DNA from: Nitrososphaeraceae archaeon
GTDB lineage: Archaea > Thermoproteota > Nitrososphaeria > Nitrososphaerales > Nitrososphaeraceae
Reading direction: 5' to 3'
Assembly: GCA_035250975.1 (NCBI GenBank)
Contig: DATFEP010000025.1
Span: forward strand, 1 to 64,000
DNA: 64,000 nt
Shown: positions 30,168 to 40,500 of the stretch, one piece after another
Numbering within the stretch: the first letter of the stretch is position 1
Layout of the letters: every line of letters begins with the position of its first letter
Position numbers and translations under genes: made by a program
Notes under the pieces: generated by a model
What the model was told of the DNA's origin: nothing
What the model saw: the letters and a program-made list of their open reading frames with translations, nothing else
The model's database searches: none

Positions 30168-30344
30168 ATGCCGATGCTTATGTTAAAATGCAAAACCTGT
30201 GGCCAGGTTTTTCCAGGACTTTATGTCCCTGAAGGAAGTACTGATTCTTACAAATCAGCTAATACAAATACTGATACTCTTTATACCTGTTCAAGGGGAC
30301 ATCAGAATAAATATAATTCCCCAGATTATACGGATTTGTCATAA
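30168..30344 (+). CDS. 58-aa zinc-ribbon-like protein upstream of hflX (not in ORF track)
   Basis: MPMLMLKCKTCGQVFPG..YTCSRGHQNKY..DLS*; TATA-like ttataa upstream; stop 3 nt before hflX. Confidence 0.65.
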   Translation: MPMLMLKCKTCGQVFPGLYVPEGSTDSYKSANTNTDTLYTCSRGHQNKYNSPDYTDLS

Positions 30345-30347
30345 TTT

Positions 30348-31427
30348 TTGAGCCTTACCAAAGTAGTACTAGTATCGTATCCAGATAATTTTAGATTACA
30401 GGAAGCTAAAAGTCTAATAGAATCATCATTTGTAGAAAAAAAATATAAAATTGTGAAAGTGGTTACTCATAAATTTTTAAACCACTCTAAATTTGGTCTG
30501 GGTTCTGGTAAAGCAGATGAAATTAAAAATTTAGTCAAGGAATCCGGAGCGGATCAGATAATTGTTGATGAGCGATTGACTTCTAAACAGACATACAATC
30601 TAGAGGACCATACCAATACAAATGTAATCGATAGAGAGCGATTAATACTTAACATATTTTATTCTAAAGCTACTACGAATGAATCAAAATTGCAGATTCA
30701 ACTTGCTGAAATTAAATACGAAATGCCTCGGGTCCGAGAAAGCGCAAGGATTGCTTCAGGAACTGAACGAGCGGGAAAAGGCGGAATGGGTGAGTACGTA
30801 GTCGATGTAAAATTTAGAGATCTAAAAAGACGGGCTTCGTTTATCAAAGAAAAATTAGATAATGCACAACGAAAAAGAGAACTTTATCATCAACAAAGAT
30901 TGAAAAGTGAAATGCCAGTTATTTCTCTGGTAGGATATACTAGTTCTGGAAAAACTTCATTATTCAATCTGTTAACAGATCAAAACAAGGAAATATCAAA
31001 TAATTTATTCACAACACTAACAACTACGACAAGATCATTTAAAATAAACGATAAAGGAATGTTGCTTACAGACACAATTGGCTTTATTAGCAGATTGCCT
31101 CATTATATGATCGACGCGTTTAAATCAACATTAGAGGAATCCATCGCCGCGGACTTGATTTTACTCTTGATTGATTCGTCAGAGCAAATAGAAGATATCA
31201 GAATAAAATATAATAGCTGTCGTGAAGTTCTAAATGAGCTAAATGTGGATAAATCAAAAGTTCTAATAGTGTTAAGTAAAATAGACAAGGTTAATTCAGA
31301 TAAAATTGAGGATATTATAAAAGATTTAAGAATTTCAAATCCAATAGCAATATCTTCCATGAGTGGATATGGAATACATAAATTAAGGACAATAATAGAC
31401 AAGTATTCAAATAACCACGTAAAGTAA
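30348..31427 (+). CDS. hflX: GTPase HflX
   Basis: GSGKADE, VIDR..LILNIF, GYTSSGKTSLFN, LFTTL, LTDTIGFI..LP, FKSTLEE. Confidence 0.95.
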   Translation: MSLTKVVLVSYPDNFRLQEAKSLIESSFVEKKYKIVKVVTHKFLNHSKFGLGSGKADEIKNLVKESGADQIIVDERLTSKQTYNLEDHTNTNVIDRERLILNIFYSKATTNESKLQIQLAEIKYEMPRVRESARIASGTERAGKGGMGEYVVDVKFRDLKRRASFIKEKLDNAQRKRELYHQQRLKSEMPVISLVGYTSSGKTSLFNLLTDQNKEISNNLFTTLTTTTRSFKINDKGMLLTDTIGFISRLPHYMIDAFKSTLEESIAADLILLLIDSSEQIEDIRIKYNSCREVLNELNVDKSKVLIVLSKIDKVNSDKIEDIIKDLRISNPIAISSMSGYGIHKLRTIIDKYSNNHVK

Positions 31428-31770
31428 CAATCTTGATATTAATTTTTTATATTTGGATTCTTAAAATATACTTTTAAAAAAATATTATGAGAAATTGTAG
31501 GAATCTGATTTCATTAGAATTGAGTGCTCACATTCCTGGCAAGGTTTTAGAATCAGAACTTGAAGCAACACTCTAATTGGTATCGAGTCAATTGCAATTA
31601 AATATAATGTAATTGGTGATGTATTAAAAACAGGGTTTGAATCTGTTTCTGATAGAATCGTTGAAGGAAAAATACTATTAAGAAAGTATGATCAATAGTC
31701 GCAAAAACAAAAATAGTCCCATCAACAATCATTTCTTTCAATATTTGATTATTTAATAGCAAACTTCACC

Positions 31771-31783
31771 AACTTGACAGAGC
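31771..31783 (-). repeat. Orphan IS6-like terminal repeat
   Basis: aacttgacagagc is the reverse complement of gctctgtcaagtt, similar to the IS6 ends at 5255 and 5985. Confidence 0.3.
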
Positions 31784-31909
31784 AAGTATAAAATCTTAAT
31801 ATATTTGATTGGATTATATATAAACGTAGTAATTAGAAATAGAAAAATTCCAAATGTTTGTAATTAATTTATTGCTTATTACCTATAAAATTAATGAAGA
31901 GAAGAAAAA

Positions 31910-33124
31910 ATGAAAAATGAAAATAATTTAAAAATACTGATGGTTTCCACCGAATATCCTCCGATGCAAGGGGGAATAGGAAGATATACAAATAATTTAG
32001 TGAACGCCCTAAGAAATATTGACATTGATGTCTATGTGTGTTCTGGAAGTGAAGGAATGGGAGAATACAAAGGACTATCCCCACACAATACAAATAATTC
32101 TCGATTTTTACTTAAAGTTGTAAATCAATTGCACCCAGATATTGTACATATTCAAATGGAACATGGACTATATGGATTGGAACTTAATTCCTTGCTACCA
32201 GGTGCGATAACTACTTCGCTAGATTATTTTTATTCGAAATGTGTTCAACCCATAATTACTACTTTCCATTCTTCATATGACTTTATACAATGGTTAAATT
32301 TAGTGTCTATTAACCAACATAAATTCAATATTAAAAAAATAACTGAATATTGGCAACGAATTATAAACTATAAAGCCTTTCATGACTTAAATAAGCGAAT
32401 TTTCCATCAAAGTAGGGCCAATATAGTATGTTCTGATTATTTATCAAAGTTGATACCAGGATGTAAAGTGATATATCATGGTGCAAATTCGTATTTGTCT
32501 CAAAATGTTTCTAAACAAGAAGCAAGGACAAAATTGTCTTTACCAACCAGTTCAAAAATTGCTTTAGCGCAAGGATTTTTTACTTCTACTAAGGGATGGG
32601 ATATTATTAACAAGATGAAAATTCCGGATGATTGGGTGATAGTTTTAAATCATTCAAAAAATCACTACAGTCAACAAAATTTTGATATCGATATTGTTAA
32701 CAGTAAAAATAAGAACAGAATAATCAATCTCGACAAAAAGTATCTTTCTGAATCTGAACTATCATTATTATTCTATGCATCAGATGTTGTAATTTTGCCG
32801 TATAAAGTATGTTCTGGTTCAGGAGTAATGTTTGATGCATTAGCACATGGAACGCCATTTATTGCCTCTGACTTGGATTTTTTTAAAGAATTCAAAGAAA
32901 TGAACTTGGGAATAGTAGTAAAAAGAAAACCAGATGAATTTGTAAAAGCATTAAAACAGATGGATGAAAATTATTTATCTTATATATCTGCTATAGAGAA
33001 ATTTAAAGTGAGATTAGATTGGAATACTATTGCCATTCAACATATGAAAATATATGTTGATACAATAATGAGAACACATTCACCTATTGAAGAAAAAGAC
33101 GAACAGGTAATAATTCAAAGATAG
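31910..33124 (+). CDS. GT4-family glycosyltransferase
   Basis: ILMVSTEYPPMQGGIGRYT, KGWD, SDVVILPY..SGVMFDALAHGTPFIASD. Confidence 0.9.
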   Translation: MKNENNLKILMVSTEYPPMQGGIGRYTNNLVNALRNIDIDVYVCSGSEGMGEYKGLSPHNTNNSRFLLKVVNQLHPDIVHIQMEHGLYGLELNSLLPGAITTSLDYFYSKCVQPIITTFHSSYDFIQWLNLVSINQHKFNIKKITEYWQRIINYKAFHDLNKRIFHQSRANIVCSDYLSKLIPGCKVIYHGANSYLSQNVSKQEARTKLSLPTSSKIALAQGFFTSTKGWDIINKMKIPDDWVIVLNHSKNHYSQQNFDIDIVNSKNKNRIINLDKKYLSESELSLLFYASDVVILPYKVCSGSGVMFDALAHGTPFIASDLDFFKEFKEMNLGIVVKRKPDEFVKALKQMDENYLSYISAIEKFKVRLDWNTIAIQHMKIYVDTIMRTHSPIEEKDEQVIIQR

Positions 33125-34015
33125 GAAATTTTAGAGAAGGTAATCTAAAAACCTTCTATTTTTTTTAGCTTGGCATATATACAATTTTTTTTACATATGA
33201 TAGCAAAATGTTTTTTAATTGTATCAAAGTGTACAAAAGTAATACATTACTTGAGTAAAATTTTACATGTTGATAAGTAATTGTGTCATGATAGTGTTCG
33301 TACTTATTTGTCTTTAATAATAGTTAAATTATGTGTATTTTCCATTATGAAAACATATAAAATATTATTCAAATTTTACAATTCCATCTATTAGTCATCA
33401 ATGATAATGAAATACTGAATTTTATTCTGTTTTATATATATTGTTCGAATCCAGAGATAGTTTATTCCACTTCGTCGTTAAAATTTTTTATAGATAGATT
33501 ATGTAGAGTTAATTATGGATATTAAACCTGTCATCTTTATTGGAATGTTTTGGGTTTGAAAAAATATATATTGATTATCATAATTATACTAACAAGCGTT
33601 GTCATAATTGAAGTAATAATGCATATAATTTCGTCACTGACCTTTTGCTAATCGGTATAGATCTTGCAAGCGAATACAAAGATATTCTAGGAAATATGAT
33701 ATTTTTACCACCCAACATAAAACAAAATTAAATGATCCTTTAGAAATTCGAACAAAATTTCTTTCGTATTTTCAAGATCTGGGTGAATATTTTGTTAAAC
33801 GTAAAAAATCTATATATGTTTTTAATTTTTGTAAAACTTTAAAAAAAACGGAATTCATCTTTTTGGAAATATTACCTTTCCAGATGAATAGCTATTGGAA
33901 ACAACAGTTAGATAAATACCGTTTTTTGTTTAGAACAATTCCAATATAAAAATTTTTTTTTATTGGTAAACAATATATGATAGTATGGTAGTACAAACGA
34001 TAAGAATCATTTATC

Positions 34016-34309
34016 ATGTCTTCACTTAAAGTATATAAGAGAAATTCAAATTTCGTAGATTTATCTGATCTGGTTGCAGATATTAGTAGTCTTGGTCTAA
34101 GTAGTGCCCTTGAAAAGTATTATGATAAACCACTTGAAAAAGAAGCCAAAAGTATAGTAGCAGGCCCTAGTTTTTTAATGTTCTTGAACAAATTATTTCA
34201 TATCCATATAACTACTGGCGATATAATAAAATTGGAATGTGGAAATGAAAGCAAATACTATATGCTATCCTTAACTGGGACATGGGATGAGATAATCAAA
34301 TTACAATAA
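34016..34309 (+). CDS. Hypothetical protein
   Basis: 97-aa ORF with globular composition. Confidence 0.6.
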   Translation: MSSLKVYKRNSNFVDLSDLVADISSLGLSSALEKYYDKPLEKEAKSIVAGPSFLMFLNKLFHIHITTGDIIKLECGNESKYYMLSLTGTWDEIIKLQ

Positions 34310-34718
34310 TACTAATCGGAATGAGTGAATTTATAGCTAACATAATCACTATAAAATTCTGATTTATTGAAAAGATCATTTCATAATTAACAGGTATTTA
34401 AAACCCCCCACAAATGTGACTACGTTCAATTATAAAAATTAAATTAAATTAAAATTGTAAGTGTGATATTTTCAGTTTTTGTCCTAGCTTTTATAAGTTT
34501 TGATCTTGTTGAATTATTGAATTAAAGTAGAAATTGTGTAGAGAGGTTATATCAAAAAACTGTCCATTTGTCAACAGAACAAAATTATCTATTGAAGGTT
34601 TGCTGTGATGTGTTATTTTAAGACACTAGAACAGTAATATGCCATAAGATAAGAACATTATAACATAAATTATTTGAAATAAATTATTGAATACTGAATT
34701 TATTGAAACAGTTCATCA

Positions 34719-34907
34719 TTATTTTAATTCCTTCCATCCTTCTTCCTTAGTCATCATTTCAAAATCTGGAACTATAAGTACATCTTCATCTAATAACTGA
34801 TCTCCATCTTTTTTATAAAATCTTACAAAATCTCCCTCATATATTGCTAAGATTTCGTTCTTTCCATCTTTATCCTCATATGTTTTCTCTGTTTGTTCTC
34901 TATACAT
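34719..34907 (-). CDS. Small acidic hypothetical protein
   Basis: 62-aa ORF, ATG start. Confidence 0.55.
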   Translation of the reverse strand: MYREQTEKTYEDKDGKNEILAIYEGDFVRFYKKDGDQLLDEDVLIVPDFEMMTKEEGWKELK

Positions 34908-35069
34908 AATATATATAATACATTGCCTTTAATCTATATGTTTCTATGGGTTTGGTGAATATTTAGATAATAGACTGAATAACCAAGAATATCTCCCAAA
35001 AATAGATGGGAATATAGCTATTTAGTTTCTTTATCTTAGTCATAATTGAATCAGAACAATAAGACAAGA

Positions 35070-35399
35070 GGAGATGTTGGAGCAATTATGCATATGCGAG
35101 ATGATCTGTGTAATGACATTAAAAATTTTTTAGCCGATGAGCAACTAGAAAACACATTACACACGAAAGTCATTCATTGTGGAATAGTCATTGATGGTAT
35201 CATTTTGATTTGAGAACTGGACGTCGGTAGAAAATGATACCAGGCTGATATGGGTCTAGTTCCAGCTTCGTAGAAGGTTTCCCGAATCAGGACAATCAGA
35301 TAAGCAGAAAAGAAAATAAGGAATCTCGGAAGAAACATCATGCAGGAAAAAGGTCGGTTAGAAAGAGAACAAATTCATGGCTAGAATTCACTATCCTAA
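35070..35399 (+). mobile_element. Internally deleted, decayed IS5-family transposase remnant (ends approximate)
   Basis: Broken frames give DDLCNDIKNFL..VIDGI / LRTGRR*KMIPG*YGSSS / RRRFPE (cf. LRTGCQWKMLPxEYGS..RRFQEW), then KRSVRKRTNSWL (cf. RWVVERTNSW). Confidence 0.65.
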
Positions 35400-35413
35400 T
35401 GTAATCAAATTTA

Positions 35414-36388
35414 TTACTTTTGAATTCCATTGATTCCTTGTGCAACTAGGATTGAATAACAACCGAGACCACATTTTTCGCATATGGGTTTTAATCCTTT
35501 ATTTTCTGCACTTCCTATACAACAGGGCTGTTTGACTCTTCCCATGTGATCTAGAGAAATAATAGCCCATGAAGGACATTGAACAGGGGTGGTTTCGACT
35601 CCTCCCCAGTTACCTTTCATCAAAGATATCTGTTTCTCAGAATTCACTACATAATCAGGATATAATCGTTTAATTGATATAATTTCATCTACGACACTGT
35701 CACGAATATCCCCAAAAGGCAGCCAAAGAGGATCATCTTTTATAAATGGAGTATGAAATTGAAATCCTATTTTGTTTACTTTACCTCTCCATTCTTGTGC
35801 TAAAGGAATTGCGGTTGTATAATTAAGTGCATTGATGGTCATAGTAATCCATATGTCCTTCCACGCAGGTTTTCCTTTCCTATCTGCTTCTTTTTCGATA
35901 TATTCTAATATGTTGTTTCTTGTCTTTGAATAGGATCCTTTTCCCCTGATACTATCATGAACTTCTTCTGTTCCATCAAGTGAGACCCAATAAAAATATA
36001 GATTCTCAAACTTCTTTAAAGGAAACGTACCATTGGTGACTACACAAACCCTTCTAGGCATTTCATTACAGAATAATTGTATGATGTCCGGCCTTAACAA
36101 TGGTTCACCGCCAACGAGGGTAACCACAAAGATATTTTGCTTTTTAAATATATTATCAATTATCTTTTTCCAATCTTCAACACCTAGATCATGCTCTTCC
36201 TTTCTATTAAGCCACCAGTAGCAATGAGAGCAATGTAAATTGCAAACATTATTGATATCAACCGAACCATATAATGCTTTTTTAGAATGAAATACCTTTA
36301 TTCCTATAATTTTTTTTATGAAATTAAGATAATATGGCATCTCATGTATTAAATCAGTTATTCCTCGGCCATAGATTAGATCTACCAT
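35414..36388 (-). CDS. Radical SAM protein with Cys-rich C-terminal domain
   Basis: CNLHCSHC, VGGEPLLR, TNG, VSLDG..HDSIRGKGSY; C-terminal C..PCC..CEKCGLGC. Confidence 0.9.
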   Translation of the reverse strand: MVDLIYGRGITDLIHEMPYYLNFIKKIIGIKVFHSKKALYGSVDINNVCNLHCSHCYWWLNRKEEHDLGVEDWKKIIDNIFKKQNIFVVTLVGGEPLLRPDIIQLFCNEMPRRVCVVTNGTFPLKKFENLYFYWVSLDGTEEVHDSIRGKGSYSKTRNNILEYIEKEADRKGKPAWKDIWITMTINALNYTTAIPLAQEWRGKVNKIGFQFHTPFIKDDPLWLPFGDIRDSVVDEIISIKRLYPDYVVNSEKQISLMKGNWGGVETTPVQCPSWAIISLDHMGRVKQPCCIGSAENKGLKPICEKCGLGCYSILVAQGINGIQK

Positions 36389-36790
36389 AAATTTGTTAGT
36401 CTTTACAAATAAATAAAGATAGTTATAAAGAAAATAGATAACTATTAGGTTTTATTTTAATGATCAATTTAGTTCTAGTAATAAAATAAGGAATTAGATA
36501 ATCATTTTAATCTTACAGTATTGGGTATTGAATATTGTTATTTTCTAAATATTACTATATCATATGGAATTTGATATCTTATTCATTATTAGTTTTGTTA
36601 ATTTAAAGAAAAAACCTAATGCCTATTTTCCTTTCAAAATCCATGTTCAATTTTCGTCAAATTTGATAATTATATAATGTATTTTATTGAAAATTAAATC
36701 ATTCATGAATTTAATGATTTAACTTTAGAAAATTAGATCATTATATATATCAGTTTAACGTATAATATATTACTAGATCTAGGATAAAAA

Positions 36791-37099
36791 ATGTCATTTT
36801 TTCCACTTAGAGATTGGCATCTCAAACATATGGAAAATACAGTAGTCAAATTTGTAAAGGGACTATCTGAAAACTCCACTAATTATGAAAGGAGAATGTA
36901 TAGAAAATATGGTACTATTTATAATATTCGAAGACAAATAAATCATGATATTGTACACGGTGTAACAAACCATGAGGTCATTTCATTTTTGCAAAAAATT
37001 GAAGGAGATCCGACATTTTCTGATTTACTAAAAAATAATGGTGCCGTTGACCGAGTATGCGAAATAAAAAAATATTTTGGATTAAATAACGAAATTTAG
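36791..37099 (+). CDS. Hypothetical protein
   Basis: 102-aa ORF, ATG start, TATA-like upstream. Confidence 0.6.
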   Translation: MSFFPLRDWHLKHMENTVVKFVKGLSENSTNYERRMYRKYGTIYNIRRQINHDIVHGVTNHEVISFLQKIEGDPTFSDLLKNNGAVDRVCEIKKYFGLNNEI

Positions 37100-37350
37100 C
37101 TTTAATACCTTCTCTTCTTTTTCTAACGGTGGTTAGTAATCTCTTCTATGTAAAGTTAAAATTTATTCTACAATAAAATATTAGATTGATATCCATTCTA
37201 GTAGAAAATAAAGATCTCTAACGCTGCGATATCTAAATAACAATCCAAGTAACTTCTCCTATAGTATCTTGTGACTCATTATAATACATAAATTTCATTT
37301 TTCACTACCTGAAAGATGAGTTTCTAAAGTCTTTCAATTTCTAATTCTCT

Positions 37351-37725
37351 TTATTTGTATTTTTCTAGTATTTCTTCTAATCCTTTTTCACCAACTGCAC
37401 CTACGGCCCTTTCGGCAACTTTTCCATTTAAAAAAACTATGAAAGTTGGAATCGCATAAACATCATATTTTACAGCAATTGATTGGTTATCATCCACATT
37501 GAGCCTTCCAAAATTTATTTTATCTGAATATTTACTCGAGAGCTTATCAAATACAGGCAGCATAAATTTACATGGACCGCACCACGTAGCCCAAAAGTCA
37601 ATTAATAAAGGCTTATTACTTTTTATTGCATAATCAAAATTTTTTTCGGATAACTCTATAATCTTAGCCTTGTTTTCATCCATATCATTAGGGTATTTTC
37701 CAATATCTTCATTCTCTTCATACAT
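37351..37725 (-). CDS. trxA: Thioredoxin
   Basis: DFWATWCGPCK, NVDDN..AIPT. Confidence 0.95.
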   Translation of the reverse strand: MYEENEDIGKYPNDMDENKAKIIELSEKNFDYAIKSNKPLLIDFWATWCGPCKFMLPVFDKLSSKYSDKINFGRLNVDDNQSIAVKYDVYAIPTFIVFLNGKVAERAVGAVGEKGLEEILEKYK

Positions 37726-38440
37726 AGATTCTTTTTTAAAAAATGATATTTAAAATTTATTGTAGAAAGACAGTAACTCAACCAAATACATTAAAATCAT
37801 CACTGTTGATTTAAAAATAAAAGAACTCGTGATATAAAAGCATTTAATGGAGATAAAATTCTGTAAAAAGTACCTAAATTTGCCTTATGAAATGTACATC
37901 TAATAAAAAGTCGATAATAGTTTCAATAAATGTATATTTTATGAAGTATTTTAAGGGTCACTACAATTGGTAGATCGATAAGAGATAAAAATAAAATATT
38001 TTTCATAATATTTCCCAAAAAACTTGCAAAATATAATAAAGAGATAATAATTATAGTGATTTATGGTTATTACTTCCATTTCCACATTTTAAAGAAATAA
38101 TTTCCAGAATTGTCCACCGCTTAGTCAAAACATTATTATCCAAATAAAAAACCGAATATTGGGAAATTAAATTTATCTTTTATATTCTATTATTAAAGAT
38201 AATAAAGCTGATCTACTTTTGGTTCTGAAATTTTTTATTAGATTCTTTTATGATAATTATCAATTCCTTATTTCTCCAAGGCTATTCTTTTTTCGAAAAT
38301 ATCCTCTTTATTATATTCCTTTATTTATATAAAGGTAAAGAAATCAAATAAAATAATTCAAATATCTCGCAACATATTTGGAGTATCTTGGTATTTATAA
38401 ATATCAAGATTTTTACTCTTCATTATTTAGCTAAATATTT

Positions 38441-39620
38441 GAGGCTGGGTCATAATTCAGTTAACAAATATTGTAATGTTAACAATAGCATATAGTCAAG
38501 CTTTATGTTCCTATCAGGTATTTGATTACCATAGGATTATTTCTTTCTGTTTTACAGTTGTAGTATACGAGTATCTGATATAGCAAAACTGATAGTAGTG
38601 CTATTGCACAAGCTCTATCATATACTCTGACATGTAATGGATCTATCCTGAACGCAGATTTGATATACCCTATCAACGGTTCTATAGATGTACTTCTCAA
38701 TGAATAGATAGCCTGTCCAACATTAGATTCATAAAATTCTATCAGTTTTATCCTATCAGCAGGTGTATTTTTATATCTCTGTACAGGACACACCAATCTA
38801 AATCCCATATCTGTACTGAGATCGTACAATTCATGATCATCATATCTAGGATCTGCAGACATGAATAATGTTCTTCTGATTATTGCAACAGGTAAACTTG
38901 CTGTCAATACACTGTACATCTGATTGTCAGGTATGATGTTGGCAGTTGTAAAATCTGCTGCCAATGGTACTATGATCGAACCTGTACTTGCTACCAGATG
39001 CAACTTGTATCCAAATATCCAGCCTTTTGTATGGCTGAATCCCCACATTGCATCTGTATCAATACCAGAATGTGGTACTACTCCCTCTTCCATAGATGAT
39101 TTGTGCCAGACATATCCTCTAGCCTTGATAAGGTTACTGTCTGCTGAGAGGATAGATGTATCAATTATTTTATCAAGAACAAAAAGTTCACCCATTGTAG
39201 TAATCCCATTTTTTATATCATTAGATATTGTGATAAGGCGTCTATCAAATGTTCTTCTGCTTGGTATTCTGGATAGTCCACATCCCTTCATTATTACCTT
39301 TCTGTTATATGATAGGTCCATTGCAAGGTATTCGTGTAATGCTCTGTTAGAATCTAATCTAAACCATATACGTACTATAAAACATCTCAAAATAACAGTA
39401 GGAGAATAGACATATGGTCTACCTCGTCTTCCTCTACTATTATTATTTTTATGTGGCCAAAGAATCAAACCAATCAAATACAAAATACTAATTAGAATAG
39501 ATGTTGATCTCTTCTGCTGTGCTAGTTTGTTGGTCTGTATGGTTTTTCACCAAAACATCATACACCAACAAACTAGCTTTACTCGTTATGAAATTGGAAT
39601 AATAATTATGACCCAGCCTC
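38441..39620 (-). mobile_element. 1180-bp insertion sequence (DDE transposase, IS4/IS5-like superfamily)
   Basis: Perfect 17-bp TIRs GAGGCTGGGTCATAATT (38441-38457 and 39604-39620) flanked by AAATATTT on both sides (38433-38440, 39621-39628). Confidence 0.93.
38503..39483 (-). CDS. DDE transposase (probable true GTG start at 39550 is out of frame by 1 nt)
   Basis: RGRPYVY, PSRRTFDRR, ADSNLI, GYKLHL, ADPRYD, R.SIEP. Confidence 0.85.
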   Translation of the reverse strand: MYLIGLILWPHKNNNSRGRRGRPYVYSPTVILRCFIVRIWFRLDSNRALHEYLAMDLSYNRKVIMKGCGLSRIPSRRTFDRRLITISNDIKNGITTMGELFVLDKIIDTSILSADSNLIKARGYVWHKSSMEEGVVPHSGIDTDAMWGFSHTKGWIFGYKLHLVASTGSIIVPLAADFTTANIIPDNQMYSVLTASLPVAIIRRTLFMSADPRYDDHELYDLSTDMGFRLVCPVQRYKNTPADRIKLIEFYESNVGQAIYSLRSTSIEPLIGYIKSAFRIDPLHVRVYDRACAIALLSVLLYQILVYYNCKTERNNPMVIKYLIGT

Positions 39621-39661
39621 AAATATTTGTAACATTCAGTAAATGACACTAAGATTTCAAA

Positions 39662-40405
39662 TTAAAGGTCAAGCAAAAATTTTACTCTATATTTCTTTTT
39701 ATTTTTATCATAATCAATTTCCATCTCATGGTAGGTAACAGACTTTATTTCCAATTTATAATTGTGTTTAGAAATATTAGGAGATTCTCCCGAACCCACA
39801 CATTCAATTTCATAAGTGACAGATGCTCTTCGTTCCAAATCTATTTTTTTTTCTTCAAGAATTAAATTCATATCTTCTTTGTCTCGGTTTTTATTATTGT
39901 TCTTAAAAATAGAAACAATCTGACTTTTAATTCTGTTACCGTTACTATCTTTTATGACCATCCGGGATTCCAAATATTCAAAGTGATTTATAATTATTTT
40001 ATCAATATAAATTGCCAAGAGTATCTTTTCGATCCAATCGTATAACAAACTTTTCAGATCATGACCTTGTGCCACTATTTTTATGCTGGTTTTTGATTCA
40101 ACCTTTTCTACATCAAACATAGCGTTCAATGTACCTATTGCTGCATTGAGAAAGGCTTCTGTTAAAGTTTTGCCGTGTGCTTCAACTATCAAATCAGTCA
40201 TATGATCCAGATATCTATACCCTCTTTTCTTAAACGAATCTTCATCTTCTTCTTCTCTTTCATTGTCAAATTTTCTCTCATTATTTTTACCATTAAGGTA
40301 TTGGTTTTCATTGATGCCATTTTCCTTTTCATTTTTAAAATCACGCCTGAAAACATTACTACTATCGTTGTTGTCTAATGATCCTTGATAACTTTCTCCC
40401 AGCAT
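39662..40405 (-). CDS. Archease (tRNA-splicing ligase cofactor)
   Basis: YRYLDHMTDL, EIKSVTYHEM, C-terminal LLDL. Confidence 0.9.
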   Translation of the reverse strand: MLGESYQGSLDNNDSSNVFRRDFKNEKENGINENQYLNGKNNERKFDNEREEEDEDSFKKRGYRYLDHMTDLIVEAHGKTLTEAFLNAAIGTLNAMFDVEKVESKTSIKIVAQGHDLKSLLYDWIEKILLAIYIDKIIINHFEYLESRMVIKDSNGNRIKSQIVSIFKNNNKNRDKEDMNLILEEKKIDLERRASVTYEIECVGSGESPNISKHNYKLEIKSVTYHEMEIDYDKNKKKYRVKFLLDL

Positions 40406-40500
40406 TATGTTAAATACTAGAAAAAGATACCGTATACTCTATATAATATTTTAATAAATCGGAAAATCTAAATCCCAAACTTTTCATCCCTTATCATACT

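Noticed and set aside
33130-34000. Long intergenic tract as ncRNA or decayed gene
   Set aside because: No stable structure, repeat or protein motif could be supported.
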